From an uncultured Candidatus Rokubacteria bacterium (GTDB taxonomy: Bacteria; Methylomirabilota; Methylomirabilia; Rokubacteriales; CSP1-6), in NCBI GenBank assembly GCA_963789955.1, contig CAWBMV010000034.1, forward strand, positions 1,024,001 to 1,088,000: a stretch of DNA of 64,000 bases. Reading direction: 5' to 3'. The position numbers were made by a program, and so were the translations under genes. Of this stretch, positions 53,200 to 64,000 are shown in pieces; the stretch's first letter is position 1; every line of letters begins with the position of its first letter. The notes below the pieces were generated by a model. That model was given only the letters and a program-made list of their open reading frames with translations. It was not told the origin of the DNA and did not search any database.

Positions 53200-55948
53200 A
53201 TGAGCACGACATCGGGCGATCGGGCCCTCAGCCTGAATCAGTTCTTCGCCGCTTCGGAAGCACGCGTGGACCGCTGGCGCACGCTGAACCGCGTCGCGAG
53301 AGCGCTCACGGCGACAGGCCCGGGTTCGGCGGGTACCTTGCGTCTGGACCCCAAGGAGCTGCTCGCCGAGCTCGCGCCGCTGGAGGGGTTCTGCGCGTAT
53401 CCCGGACCCGGGTTGATGGGCCAGGTACACGAGCGCCTGCAGACCGGGGACCGCACCGGCTTCGCGCGTCTGGTCCAGCGGATCAGCAACGCGCTACTCA
53501 GCAACAGCTATCGAGACGACGTGGAGCCCTGGAAGGCCGAGGAGGAGAGCGATGGCCGCGTGCCCGACGTCCTGCCGCCGTCAATGGGCCGCGGCCAGGC
53601 GCGACGGCCGTACTTCGAGGTCCTGTACGTGTCGCCCGCCGACCGCGTCATGTGGCCCGATATCCGCGAGACCTTCCGCCGGCTCCGGCGCGTCGAGGAC
53701 GAGTTCGTCTACGAGCCCGTCGTCGTCGGCAGCTTCGAGGACGCGGTCCTCGCCGTCGTCTTCAATCCTAATTTCCAAGCGGTCGTGATCAGCGACGGCT
53801 TCGGCTACGCGTCGCAGTACACGCTGCCGGCGCTGCGCGAGATCCTCACGCGCCAGGTCCAGCTCGCCGACGGCGCGCGCGAGCGGGGATCTCGGGACCC
53901 TCCTGGCCACGCTGGTGCGCCGGTGGCGGCCGGAGCTCGATGTGTATCTCACGACCGACCGCGACGTCGCCCAGCTGGCCGGCTCCGACGAGGCCGCGCC
54001 GATCAGGCGGATCTTCTACGGCGTCGAGGAGCCGATGGAGATTCACCTGGCGATCCTCGACGGCGTGAAGGATCGATACGAGACGCCGTACTTCGACAAT
54101 CTCAAGCGCTACGCCCAGCGTCCGATCGGCACGTTCCACGCGCTGCCGGTGGCCCGCGGGAAGTCGATCTTCAAGTCGAACTGGATCCGCGACATGGGCG
54201 AGTTCTACGGCGCCAACTTGTTCCTCGCCGAGTCGTCGGCGACGACCGGCGGCCTCGACAGCCTTCTGGAGCCGACCGGCAACATCAAGGTCGCGCAGGA
54301 CAAGGCGGCCCGCGCCTTCGGCGGCGACCGCAGCTTCTTCGTCACCAACGGCACGTCGACGTCGAACAAGATCGTGCACCAGGCGCTCCTGCGGCCGGGC
54401 GACATCGTCCTGATCGACCGCGACTGCCACAAGTCGCACCACTACGGGCTCGTGCTGGCCGGGGCCCAGCCTCTCTACATCGACGCCTTTCCGCTCACCC
54501 AGTACTCGATGTACGGGAGTCTCGCGATCAAGCCGCTCAAGAAGGCGCTCTTGCAGCTGAAGGCCGAGGGCAAGCTGGATCGCGCGAAGCTGGTGGTGCT
54601 GACCAACTGCACCTTCGATGGTCACGTGGCCAACGTCAAGCGAACCATGCTCGAGTGCCTCGCGATCAAGCCGGATCTCATCTTCCTCTGGGACGAGGCG
54701 TGGTTCGGGTTCGCGCGCTTCTCACCGTTCTTGCGGCGGCGCACGGCAATGGGCGCGGCCGCGGCCATCCGCGAGCTGGTGCGCGACCCGGAGTACCGCA
54801 AGCGCTACGAAGCGTTCAAGAGCAGCGTCGGCAAGATGGACCCGAGCGATCCCAAGCTCCTGGACATGGAGCTGCTGCCCGACCCCGACCAGGTTCGGGT
54901 GCGGGTCTACGAGACCGACTCCGTGCACAAGTCGATGTCGGCGCTCCGCCAGGGCTCGATCATCGTCGTCGCCGACCAGGACTTCCACACCGTCGAGGCC
55001 TCGTTCAAGGAGGCGTTCTTCACCCACACCTCGACGTCGCCGAACCTCCAGCTCATCGCGTCGCTCGACGTGGCGCGCCGGCAGATGGAGCTCGAAGGCT
55101 ACGAGCTGGTCGGACGGGCGACCCAGCTCGCGATCGAAGCCCGGCGCCAGATCAACGGACATCCGTTGATCTCGAAGTACTTCCGGGTGGCCACGCCGGC
55201 CGAGATGATCCCCGCCGAGTACCGGAAGTCGGGCTTCACCGACTGGGGCGCGCCGGGGTGGACGATGACCGACACGATCGCCGCGCTGGACAACGACGAG
55301 TTCTATCTCGACCCCACGCGCATCACGTTGCTCTGCGGCGGCGCCGGCTACGACGGCACGCAATTCAAGGGCTTGCTCGCCAGCGAGCACGACATCCAGA
55401 TCAACAAGACCTCGCGCAACAGCGTGCTGGTCCAGATCAACATCAACAACACCCGCAGCGACCTGGCGCACCTCATCAAGGCCCTGGCCGACATGGCCCG
55501 CGCGATCGACACGCGGCTCGCCCAGGGTGGCGACGAGGAGAAGGCGGCGTTCAAGGCCCGGGTGAAGTCGCTGGTCGAGGACGTGCCCGACCTGCCGGAC
55601 TTCCAGCGCTTCCACGACGCGTTCCGCGACGACCCGAAGAGCGCCACGCAGGAAGGCCACATGCGCGAGGCGTATTACATGGCCTACGACGCCGCGAACT
55701 GCGAGTACGTCAAGCTCGACAGCAAGGCGATCGACGAGCGGCTGGCCAAGGGCCCGGAGCTGGTCTCGGCGAAGTTCGTGATCCCGTACCCGCCGGGCTT
55801 TCCGATCATGGTGCCGGGCCAGGTCGTCACGAAGGAGATCATCACGTTCATGCGCAAGCTCGACGTGAAGGAGATCCACGGCTACGACGCGCGAAAGGGT
55901 CTCGAGCTGCTGAAACCCGACGCGCTGACCAAGCACAAGAGCAGGTAG
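53200..55948 (+). CDS. Large PLP-dependent Orn/Lys/Arg decarboxylase-family protein (frameshift near 53890)
   Basis: GLDSLLEPTGNIK, FVTNGTSTSNK, DRDCHKSH, WDEAW, TDSVHKS, HTSTSP, DPTRITL, VIPYPPGFP. Confidence 0.9.
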
Positions 55949-55957
55949 GGGGGCGAC

Positions 55958-57650
55958 ATGTTTGAATGGTTCTTTGCGACCTTGCGCCAGTACCCGGAGA
56001 TCGCGATCTTCCTCGCGCTCGGCCTCGGGTACTACTTCGGCGGCTTCACCTTCAAGGGCATCGGTCTGGGCTCGGTCACCGCGACCCTACTGGCCGCCGT
56101 CATCATCGGGCAGATCGGGATCACGATTTCCACGCCGCTCAAGGCGACGGTCTTCCTGATGTTCCTGTTCGCGGTCGGCTACGGCGTCGGCCCGCAGTTC
56201 GTCCGCGGCGTGGCCAAGGACGGTTTACCGCAGGCGATCTTCTCGGTGGTCCAGTGCGTGTTCTGCCTGGCGGTTCCCGTCGCGATCGCCAAGTTCGTCG
56301 GCTACGACCTCGGCTACGCCGCGGGGCTCTTCGCGGGATCACAGACCATCTCCGCCTCGATGGGTCTTGCCACCGACGCGATCAACCGGCTGGGGCTGCC
56401 TGCCGAGCAGGCGAAGAGCTACCTCGATTCGATGCCGATCGCGTATGCGGTGAGCTACATCTTCGGCACCGTCGGGTCGGCGATCGTGATCGCGCTGGTC
56501 GGGCCGCCGCTCCTCCGGATCAATCTCGTCAAGGCGTGCAAGGAATATGAGGAGAAGTACGGCGGCACGAAGGAAATGGGTGGCGCGGGCTCGGCGTGGC
56601 ACCGCTGGGTGGTGCGTGCGTTCCGCGTGCAGCCGGGCGGGAAGGCCGTCGGCCTTCGAGCGGCGGAAGCCGAGGCCATGATCCCCGACGCGCGCGTCTT
56701 CGTGCTACGAGTGCGACGCAACGGGGTGATCGAGGAGGCGAGCGCCGATACCGTGCTTCGTGAGGGCGACGTCCTGGCCGTGGCGGGCGCCCGCGACGTG
56801 CTCGTGAGGCTCGTCGGCGAAGGCGCCAAGGAGGTCGACGACCCCGAACTGCTGAACGTCCCGGTCGAGGGCGTCGACGTCTTCGTGACCAACAAGGCGG
56901 TCGATGGCAAGACGCTCGCCGAGCTGGCCCAGCGGCCCAGCGCCCGCGGCGTCTTTCTGCGGAAGATCACCCGCGGCGCGACCGCGACCGACATTCCGGT
57001 GCTGCCGAACACGACGATCCAGCGGGGCGACATCCTCACCCTCGTGGGCCGCACGCAGGACACGACGGCGCGCCGCCAAGGACCTGGGTGTTCTCGATCG
57101 GCCGACCGACGTCGCCGACGTCGCGTTCATCGGCGGCGCGATCACGATCGGCGCGCTGGTCGGCGCGCTGGTCTGGAAGGTGGCGGGGATCCCTCTGACC
57201 TTGTCGACAGCCGGCGGCGCGTTGATCTCGGGGATCGTGTTCGGCTGGCTGCGCTCGACCCGGCCGACCTTCGGGCGTATCCCGTCCTCGACGGTCTGGT
57301 TCATGAACTCGGTGGGCCTGAACATCTTCATCGCGGTGGTCGGCATCTCGGCCGGGCCGGGCTTCGTCAACGGCCTCAAGACGCAAGGTATCGGCCTGTT
57401 CCTGTGGGGCGCCGTGGCGACGACGGTCCCCATCATTCTCGGCATGTTCGTCGGCAAGTTCATCTTCCGCTTTCACGACGCGCTCCTGTTCGGCATCATT
57501 TCCGGGGCGCGCACGACCACGGCGTCGCTCGGCCTGGTCTGCGACGCCGGCCGCAGCCAGGTGCCGGCGCTCGGCTATACCGTCACCTACGCCGTCGGCA
57601 ACACGCTGCTCACGGTCTGGGGCATGATCGTCATCATGCTGCTGTCATGA
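55958..57650 (+). CDS. aspT: Aspartate:alanine antiporter (AAE family) (frameshift near 57070)
   Basis: [36 protein letters not shown], two TrkA-C-like domains, [20 protein letters not shown]. Confidence 0.9.
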
Positions 57651-57879
57651 TGCAGCGCGCTCGCGAGGAGACTTGAGCCGACCGCGCCTGCTCGATATTT
57701 TTGTTTCGGTCGGGGGGCTCGCCGAGTGACGGCGGGCCCGCTCGGCAGAAGCTCGACCGTGAGCCGGGCTCCGGAATCTTCGACGGCTACCCGTTCGTTG
57801 ACCTGCCTTCGGTGCTACGCGTCGGTGTCTGGCGCCTAAAAATAGAATCCGAGACAACTAACACAGGGAGACGACCGTA

Positions 57880-59497
57880 ATGAGCGACATCATGACCCTT
57901 CGAAAGTTCGAGACCCTGAGTCCGTTCGAGATCAAGGACGAGCTCATCAAGCTGGCGAAGAAGACCTCGCGCACCACGCAGTCGGCGTTTCTCAACGCGG
58001 GCCGCGGCAATCCCAACTGGATCGCCACGACGCCGCGCGAGGGCTTCTTCCTGCTCGGCCAGTTCGCGATCACCGAGAGCAAGCGGGTGATGGAGCACCC
58101 GGCCGGCCTCGGCGGTATGCCCGCGGCGCCGGGCATCGCCAACCGGCTGGCGGCGTACCTCTCCAAGAACAAGGAGATGCCGGGCGCTGAGTTCCTGGCC
58201 GCGATGGTGCCGTTCGCGCGTGAAGCTGTTCGGGTTCGAGCCCGACGCCTTCGTGCACGAGCTGGTCGACTCGATCATCGGCGACAACTATCCCGTGCCC
58301 GACCGCATGCTCGTGCACAACGAGCGGATCACCCACGAGTACCTGATGTGGGCGATGTGCGGCAGCCCGCACCCGAAGGGCAAGTTCGATCTCTACGCGG
58401 TCGAGGGCGGCACCGCGGCGATGTGCTACCTCTTCAAGTCGCTGAAGGCCAATCGGCTGCTCAAGCAAGGCGACACCATCGCGCTCGCCACGCCGATCTT
58501 CACGCCCTACATCGAGATGACCCACCTGGAAGACTACGCGCTCAACGTGGTCAATATCGAGGCGAAGCGCGAGGACCTGTTCCAGTTCACGGATGCCGAG
58601 CTCAAGAAGCTCGAGAATCCGGCGGTCAAGGCGTTCTTCGTCGTGAACCCGGGCAATCCGACGGGCGTGGCGCTCAGCAAGGAGACGATCGGCAAGATCG
58701 CCAATCTGGTCAAGACCAAGCGCCCCGACCTGATGCTGCTGACCGACGACGTGTACGGGACGTTCGTCCACGGCTTCCGGTCCCTGCTCGGCGAGCTGCC
58801 GCACAACACGATCGGCGTCTACTCGTACTCGAAGTACTTCGGCTGCACCGGCTGGCGGCTCGGCGTGATCGCGGTCCACGAGGACAACCTCTACGACAAG
58901 ATGATCGCCAAGCTTCCGGACGGAGAGCTGAAGGCGCTCGACAAGCGCTACTTACCGATAACCCTCGAGCCGCGCAAGCTGAAGTTCATCGACCGCATCG
59001 TGGCCGACAGCCGCGACGTCGCCCTCAACCACACCGCCGGGCTCTCGCTGCCGCAGCAGGTCATGATGAGCCTGTTCTCCCTCTGCCGAGCTGATGGACG
59101 CGGCCAAGGCGTACCAGGCCGCCTGCATGGAGATCGTCCACCGGCGCGCGAAGGCCATGATCGAGGGGCTCGGCATCGACGCGCCGACGAGCGACCCCTC
59201 TACGACGCCTACTACGGCCTGATCGACTTCGAGTTCTGGGCGAAAAAGAACCTCGGCGAGGAGGCGGTCCAGTACCTGAAGAAGAACATCCATCCGCTCG
59301 ATCTGGCCTTCCGCCTGGCCGAGCAGCACGGCATCGTGCTGCTGAACGGCGGCGGCTTCGACGCGCCCGACTGGTCGTTACGGGTCTCGCTCGCCAATCT
59401 GGCCGACGACGTGTACGACGACATCGGACGCGGCGTCCGCTCGATCGCGCGCGGCTACCGGGACGCGTACGAGGCCTCGAAGAAGGCGCCGAAGTAG
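57880..59497 (+). CDS. aspD: Aspartate 4-decarboxylase (frameshifts near 58220, 59085, 59190)
   Basis: LSPFEIKDELI, LNAGRGNPNW, EGGTAAM, VNPGNP, TDDVYGTF, YSYSKYFGCTGWRLG, VALNHTAGLSLPQQ. Confidence 0.93.
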
Positions 59498-59516
59498 GGG
59501 GCGCTGCGCTCGTCAT

Positions 59517-60092
59517 ATGCGTCATCGCCGACCACGGCCGTCCGTTCGCGGCGCCACACCGGCCGCGCCGCGGCCGTGGCTCGGCGTGGCGCTCATCATA
59601 TTGCTCGCGGCCGGGTGCTCCGGGCAGGCCAACGATGCCCGGAGCGCGCCGGCCCCCGGTGAAACGCGCACGTTCGAAGGCACGTGGTCGGCATCGGGAT
59701 CTCGCCGCACGCTCGATCTGGAGCCCGGCCACAAGGCCTCGATCTTCAGCTTGACCGGGTCTCTGCTGTTGACCGGGGAGCGCGGCCTCGGCGTCGGTTT
59801 CCAGGGCGACGTCATCGGGTTCTCCGACAATCTGGCCGGCGGCACGGGTCAGAGCGTGTGGACCGACGAGCGCGGCGACAAGGTCTTCAGCCGCCTGCGC
59901 GGCGAATCGCTCGGCACCGGCAGCCACGTCGTCGGCACGATCACCGGAGGCACCGGACGCTGGGCCGGATTGACGGGGGAGTACGAGCTCCGGTGGCAGT
60001 ACGTGATCGAGGGTGACGACGGCACGATCAGCGGACGCGCGGTCGGGCTCAAAGGTCGCGTGACCCTGCCTGGGGGAGGTCCCCGCCAGTGA
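59517..60092 (+). CDS. Hypothetical lipoprotein (beta-rich, AOC/dirigent-barrel-like motif)
   Basis: Lipobox [22 protein letters not shown]. Confidence 0.7.
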   Translation: MRHRRPRPSVRGATPAAPRPWLGVALIILLAAGCSGQANDARSAPAPGETRTFEGTWSASGSRRTLDLEPGHKASIFSLTGSLLLTGERGLGVGFQGDVIGFSDNLAGGTGQSVWTDERGDKVFSRLRGESLGTGSHVVGTITGGTGRWAGLTGEYELRWQYVIEGDDGTISGRAVGLKGRVTLPGGGPRQ

Positions 60093-61528
60093 GCGCCTCC
60101 GTCGCGACCACGGCCGTCGGTGCGGCGTTCCCGCGTCGCGCGCTGCTGGTCGCATCGCGACATTCGCCCTCGCGCTCGGCCTCTGGGTCGTTCCGATCCC
60201 GGAGGGGCTGACCGCTCAGGCGTGGCACCTCTTCGCGATCTTCGCCGCGGCCATTTTCTCCGTCATCGTGGCGGCCTTTCCACTGCTGACGTCCGCGATG
60301 CTGGCGGCCGGCGCCGCGGTGCTCACCGGGACGATCGCGCCCGCCAAGGCGTTCGCCGGCTTCGCCAACGGCAGCGTGCTCCTCGTGGTGGTGGCGTTTC
60401 TCGTCGCCAGCAGCGTCGTGAAGTCCGGACTCGGACGCCGCATCAGCTTCCTGGTGGTGAGCGCGTTCGGGCGTTCGACGCTCGGGCTGGCCTACAGCAT
60501 CTTTCTCACCGACGCGGCGATCGCGCCGGCCTTCCCGAGCAACACCGCCCGGAGCGGTGTGCTCTTTCCGATCGTCCTCTCGCTCGCCCAGGGCGCGGGC
60601 TCGAAGCCGGACGACGAGAAGACGCGGCGGGTCGGCGGCTATCTCATGTTCTGCGGCATGGCGAGCCTCGCCGTCTCCTCGGCGCTCTGGATGACGGCCA
60701 CGTCGGTGAACCCGATCGGCGTCGAGATCGCGCGCCAGTTCGGCCTGAAGATCAGCTTCGGCTCGTGGCTTCTCGCCGCGTCCGTTCCGGCGCTCGCGGC
60801 CGTCCTCCTTCTGCCCCTGGTGCTGTACTGGCTGTTCCCGCCGGGCGTGCGCGGAACTCCCGACGCGCCGGCGGCCGCCCGCGCCGCCCTGCGTTCGATG
60901 GGGCCGTTGAGCCGAGACGAGAAGGTGGTGGCCGTGGCGTTCGTGCTGATGGTCACCGGATGGGTCTCGGCGGGCGCGCTGAAGCTCGATCTCACCGCGG
61001 TCGCCTTCGCCGGTCTGGGCACCCTGCTGGCCACCAGCGTGCTCACGCTCGATGACATCAAGAAAGAGGGCGGAACGCTCGAGACCTATCTCTGGCTCGC
61101 CGTGCTCTTCGCGATGAGCGGCCAGCTGAACGAGCTCGGCTTCATGAGCTATGTCGGGCGGACGACTGTCGGCCGCGCTGGCGGGCGTCTCGTGGCCCGC
61201 CGCCTACGTCGCCCTGCTCGTGCTGTACGTGCTGATGCACTATCTGTTCGTCAGTCAGTCCTCGCAAGTCCTGGCTCTGTTCGGCGTGTTCGTGGACGTC
61301 GGGGTGCGGGCCGGGGTATCAGCGCCGCTGATGGCCTTCGCGTTGCTGTTCGCCAGCAGCTACTTCTCGACGATCACGCCGCAAGGCGGCAGCCAGAACG
61401 TGATCTTCGTGGGCAGTGGCTACATGACGCAAGGCGAGCTGTACAAGCTCGGGGCGCTCACCACCCTCTTCTGCCTGCTCGTCTTCTTGCTGGTGGGCAC
61501 GCCGTGGCTTCTCCTCGTCGTCCGCTGA
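60089..61528 (+). CDS. DASS family di/tricarboxylate transporter (CitT-like) (frameshifts)
   Basis: [56 protein letters not shown]. Confidence 0.88.
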
Positions 61529-61538
61529 GGAGCGCGCG

Positions 61539-63224
61539 ATGGAATATTTGCGTCACGGCCCTGCGAGAGCATCAAGAGCTGACGATCTTCCTGACCCTGG
61601 CGGTCGGCTTCTTCATCGGCCAGCTCCGGATCGGCACGTTCAGTCTCGGCACCGTCGTGGGAACCTTGCTGGCGGGCGTGCTCATCGGGCAGCTCGACAT
61701 CAAGGTGCCCGGTGATCGTGAAGAACGTCTTCTTCGATCTGTTCCTGTTCACCATCGGGTACAAGGTCGGGCCTCAGTTCTTCCGCGGCCTCAAGAAAGA
61801 CGCGATGCCGCAGCTGGCGGTCACCGTGGTCCTGTGCGTCACGTGCCTGGTCAGCGCTTTCACCGCATCGAAGCTCCTCGGGTACGACATGGGAACCGCG
61901 GCCGGGCTCCTGGCCGGAGCCTTCACGGAGTCGACGGTCATCGGCACCGCCGGTGACGCGATCAACCGGCTCGCGCTGCCGGCGGACGGAGAAGACCGCG
62001 CTGGTGAACAACATCCCGGTCGCGTACGCCGTGACGTACCTGGTCGGAACCGCGTTCATCGTGTGGTTCCTGCCGAACATCGGACCCCGACTGATGGGCA
62101 TCGATCTGAAGGAAGAAAGCCGGAAGCTGCAGGCCCAGGTGGTTGGCGGCAGCGAGGCGGAGCCGGGCGTCGTATCTGCCCTCCAGAGGTTTGCGGTTCG
62201 TGCGTACCGTGTGACGAACGATCGATTACTGAACCGAACCGTCGCCTCGCTCGAGGCGCTGCCGGTGGGCCAGCGTGTCTTCATCTCGAGGATCCGTCGC
62301 GGCGGCGCGATCATCGAGCCCGAGCGGGACACGATCATCCGTCCGGGCGACGTTCTGGCGGTGATGACTCGCTCCGAGCTCTTGATGGCGCGTGGTGTCG
62401 AGATCGGCCCCGAAGTGAACGATACCGAGCTGCTCGACTTTCCGGTCGAGGTCCTCGACGTGGTCGTCACGAGCCGGGCGATAGCCGGCAAGACAATGAA
62501 GGAGCTCGCCGCCCTCGAGTCCGCGCACGGGGTCTTCTTGCGCAAGCTCGAGCGGCTCGGGCAGCCGATGCCGTTCACTCTCGAGACCAGGATCGATCGG
62601 GGCGACGTCCTGAGCCTGATCGGGGCCAAGCCCGACGTCGAGCGCGCGGCGAAGGACCTCGGCTACCCGGATCGGCCGACGGTCGCCACCGACATGATCT
62701 TCGTCGGCCTCGGGATTTTCATCGGTGGACTGGTCGGGCTGCTGACGGTCGTGGTCGGCGGACTGCCGCTCACGCTCACGGCGAGTGGCGGCGCGCTCAT
62801 CATGGGCCTCGTGTTCGGCTGGCTTCGCGCCGTGCGGCCGACGTTCGGGCGTATCCCCGAAGCCGCCATGTGGGTATTCGAGACGGTCGGGCTCACCGTC
62901 TTCATCGGCGTGGTCGGTCTCAGCGCGGGCCCGAGCTTCGTCACGGGGTTACAGAAGTCGGGCGTGAGCTTGATCCTCGTGGGTCTGGTCGTGGCCGTGC
63001 TGCCCCACACCGTCGCGATTCTCTTCGGCCGGTTCGTCCTGAGGATGAATCCCGTGATCCTCCTCGGGGCCTGCTGTGGAGCGGGCACCATCACGGCGGG
63101 CCTACGCGCCGTGCAAGAGAAGGCGGAGAGCACGCTTCCCGCGCTCGGCTATACCGTCCCGTATGCGCTCGGCAACATCGTGCTGACCGCGTGGGGGCCG
63201 GTCATCGTGGCATTGATGCGATAG
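61539..63224 (+). CDS. aspT: Second aspartate:alanine antiporter family protein (frameshifts)
   Basis: [58 protein letters not shown]. Confidence 0.85.
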
Positions 63225-63264
63225 AGCGATCATCGATGGAGGTCAGCGGGCGAGTGGAGGAGCG

Positions 63265-64000
63265 ATGGAGCGCTGATCCCAGCACGCGGTCGGCGATCCA
63301 GCGCTTCTTGAGCTGGGAAGCGGCGGGCGGTCTCACCCTGGTCGCCGCCGCCGTGGCGGCGATCGTCTGGGCGAATTCCCCACTCGCGGAGCTCTACGAG
63401 GCCGTTCTCAGAACCCCGGCGGCGGTGCAGCTTGGAGGCTTCCAGATCGCCAAGCCGCTGCTGCTGTGGATCAACGACGGACTCATGGCGATCTTCTTCT
63501 TGCTCGTAGGTCTCGAGATCAAGCGCGAGCTCCTGGAGGGGGAGCTCGCCCGGCCGGGTGCGGTCGCCCTGCCGGGCATCGCCGCTGCGTCCGCGATGGC
63601 CTTGCCGGCCGCCATCTACCTGGCATTCAATCGCATGGGCCCCCATGCGATGGGCTGGGCCATCCCGACGGCGACCGACATCGCCTTCGCCCTCGGTGTG
63701 CTCGCGCTGCTGGGGACGCGCGCGCCGAATTCCCTGAAGGTGTTCCTGTTGGCTCTTGCCATCATCGACGACCTCGGGGCCATCGTCATCATCGCGCTGT
63801 TCTACACGACAGACCTCTCGACCGAATCGCTGGTGCTGTCTGGTGCCGCCATCGTGCTGTTGATCGTGCTCAACCTTGCCGGTTGCGCCCGTGTGGCCGC
63901 CTACGTCCTGGTCGGCGTCTTCTTGTGGATCTGCGTCCTCAAGTCCGGCGTGCACGCCACCCTGGCCGGTGTCGCGTTGGGGTTCGCGGTTCCTCTCCGC
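63265..64000 (+). CDS. nhaA: Na+/H+ antiporter NhaA (start approximate; 3' end outside window)
   Basis: Read from sequence: [73 protein letters not shown]. Confidence 0.92.

Overview
High-GC bacterial chromosomal window. Gene content and style suggest a diderm soil bacterium such as Ca. Rokubacteria/Methylomirabilota (inference only). Many genes carry single-base frameshifts that look like long-read assembly indels, so I rejoined the reading frames by hand. Left to right: (1) 3' part of trpD; (2) a GntR-led operon with etfBA, two acyl-CoA dehydrogenases, a split B12-dependent acyl-CoA mutase with isobutyryl-CoA-mutase signature residues, ilvE, a HIT protein and a NitT/TauT ABC transporter; (3) small hypothetical genes, a Dpp/Opp-type ABC set, an uncharacterised membrane protein plus an internally deleted tandem paralog, two crotonases and an internally deleted NCS2 permease; (4) two tandem acyl-CoA ligase + Liv-type ABC modules, followed by a lipoprotein truncated haemoglobin and a motif-degenerate adenylate-forming enzyme; (5) pfkB, a cyclophilin-like gene, transaldolase, thioredoxin, M48 peptidase, a K+ channel and ba3-type oxidase cbaDBA; (6) a probable acid-stress/decarboxylation island (GltI-like SBP, HdeD-like-phosphoesterase fusion, Omp85-family barrel, OprD porin, large Orn/Lys/Arg-family decarboxylase, aspT-aspD, lipoprotein, DASS carrier, second aspT, nhaA). 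The most unusual non-coding signal is an inverted pair of ~170-nt elements at 32951-33434. Each has a 44-48 bp terminal stem whose sequence differs between the copies, around a homologous 80-nt core. Four sigma54-type promoters precede small stand-alone genes. I saw no rRNA, tRNA, CRISPR array or transposase.
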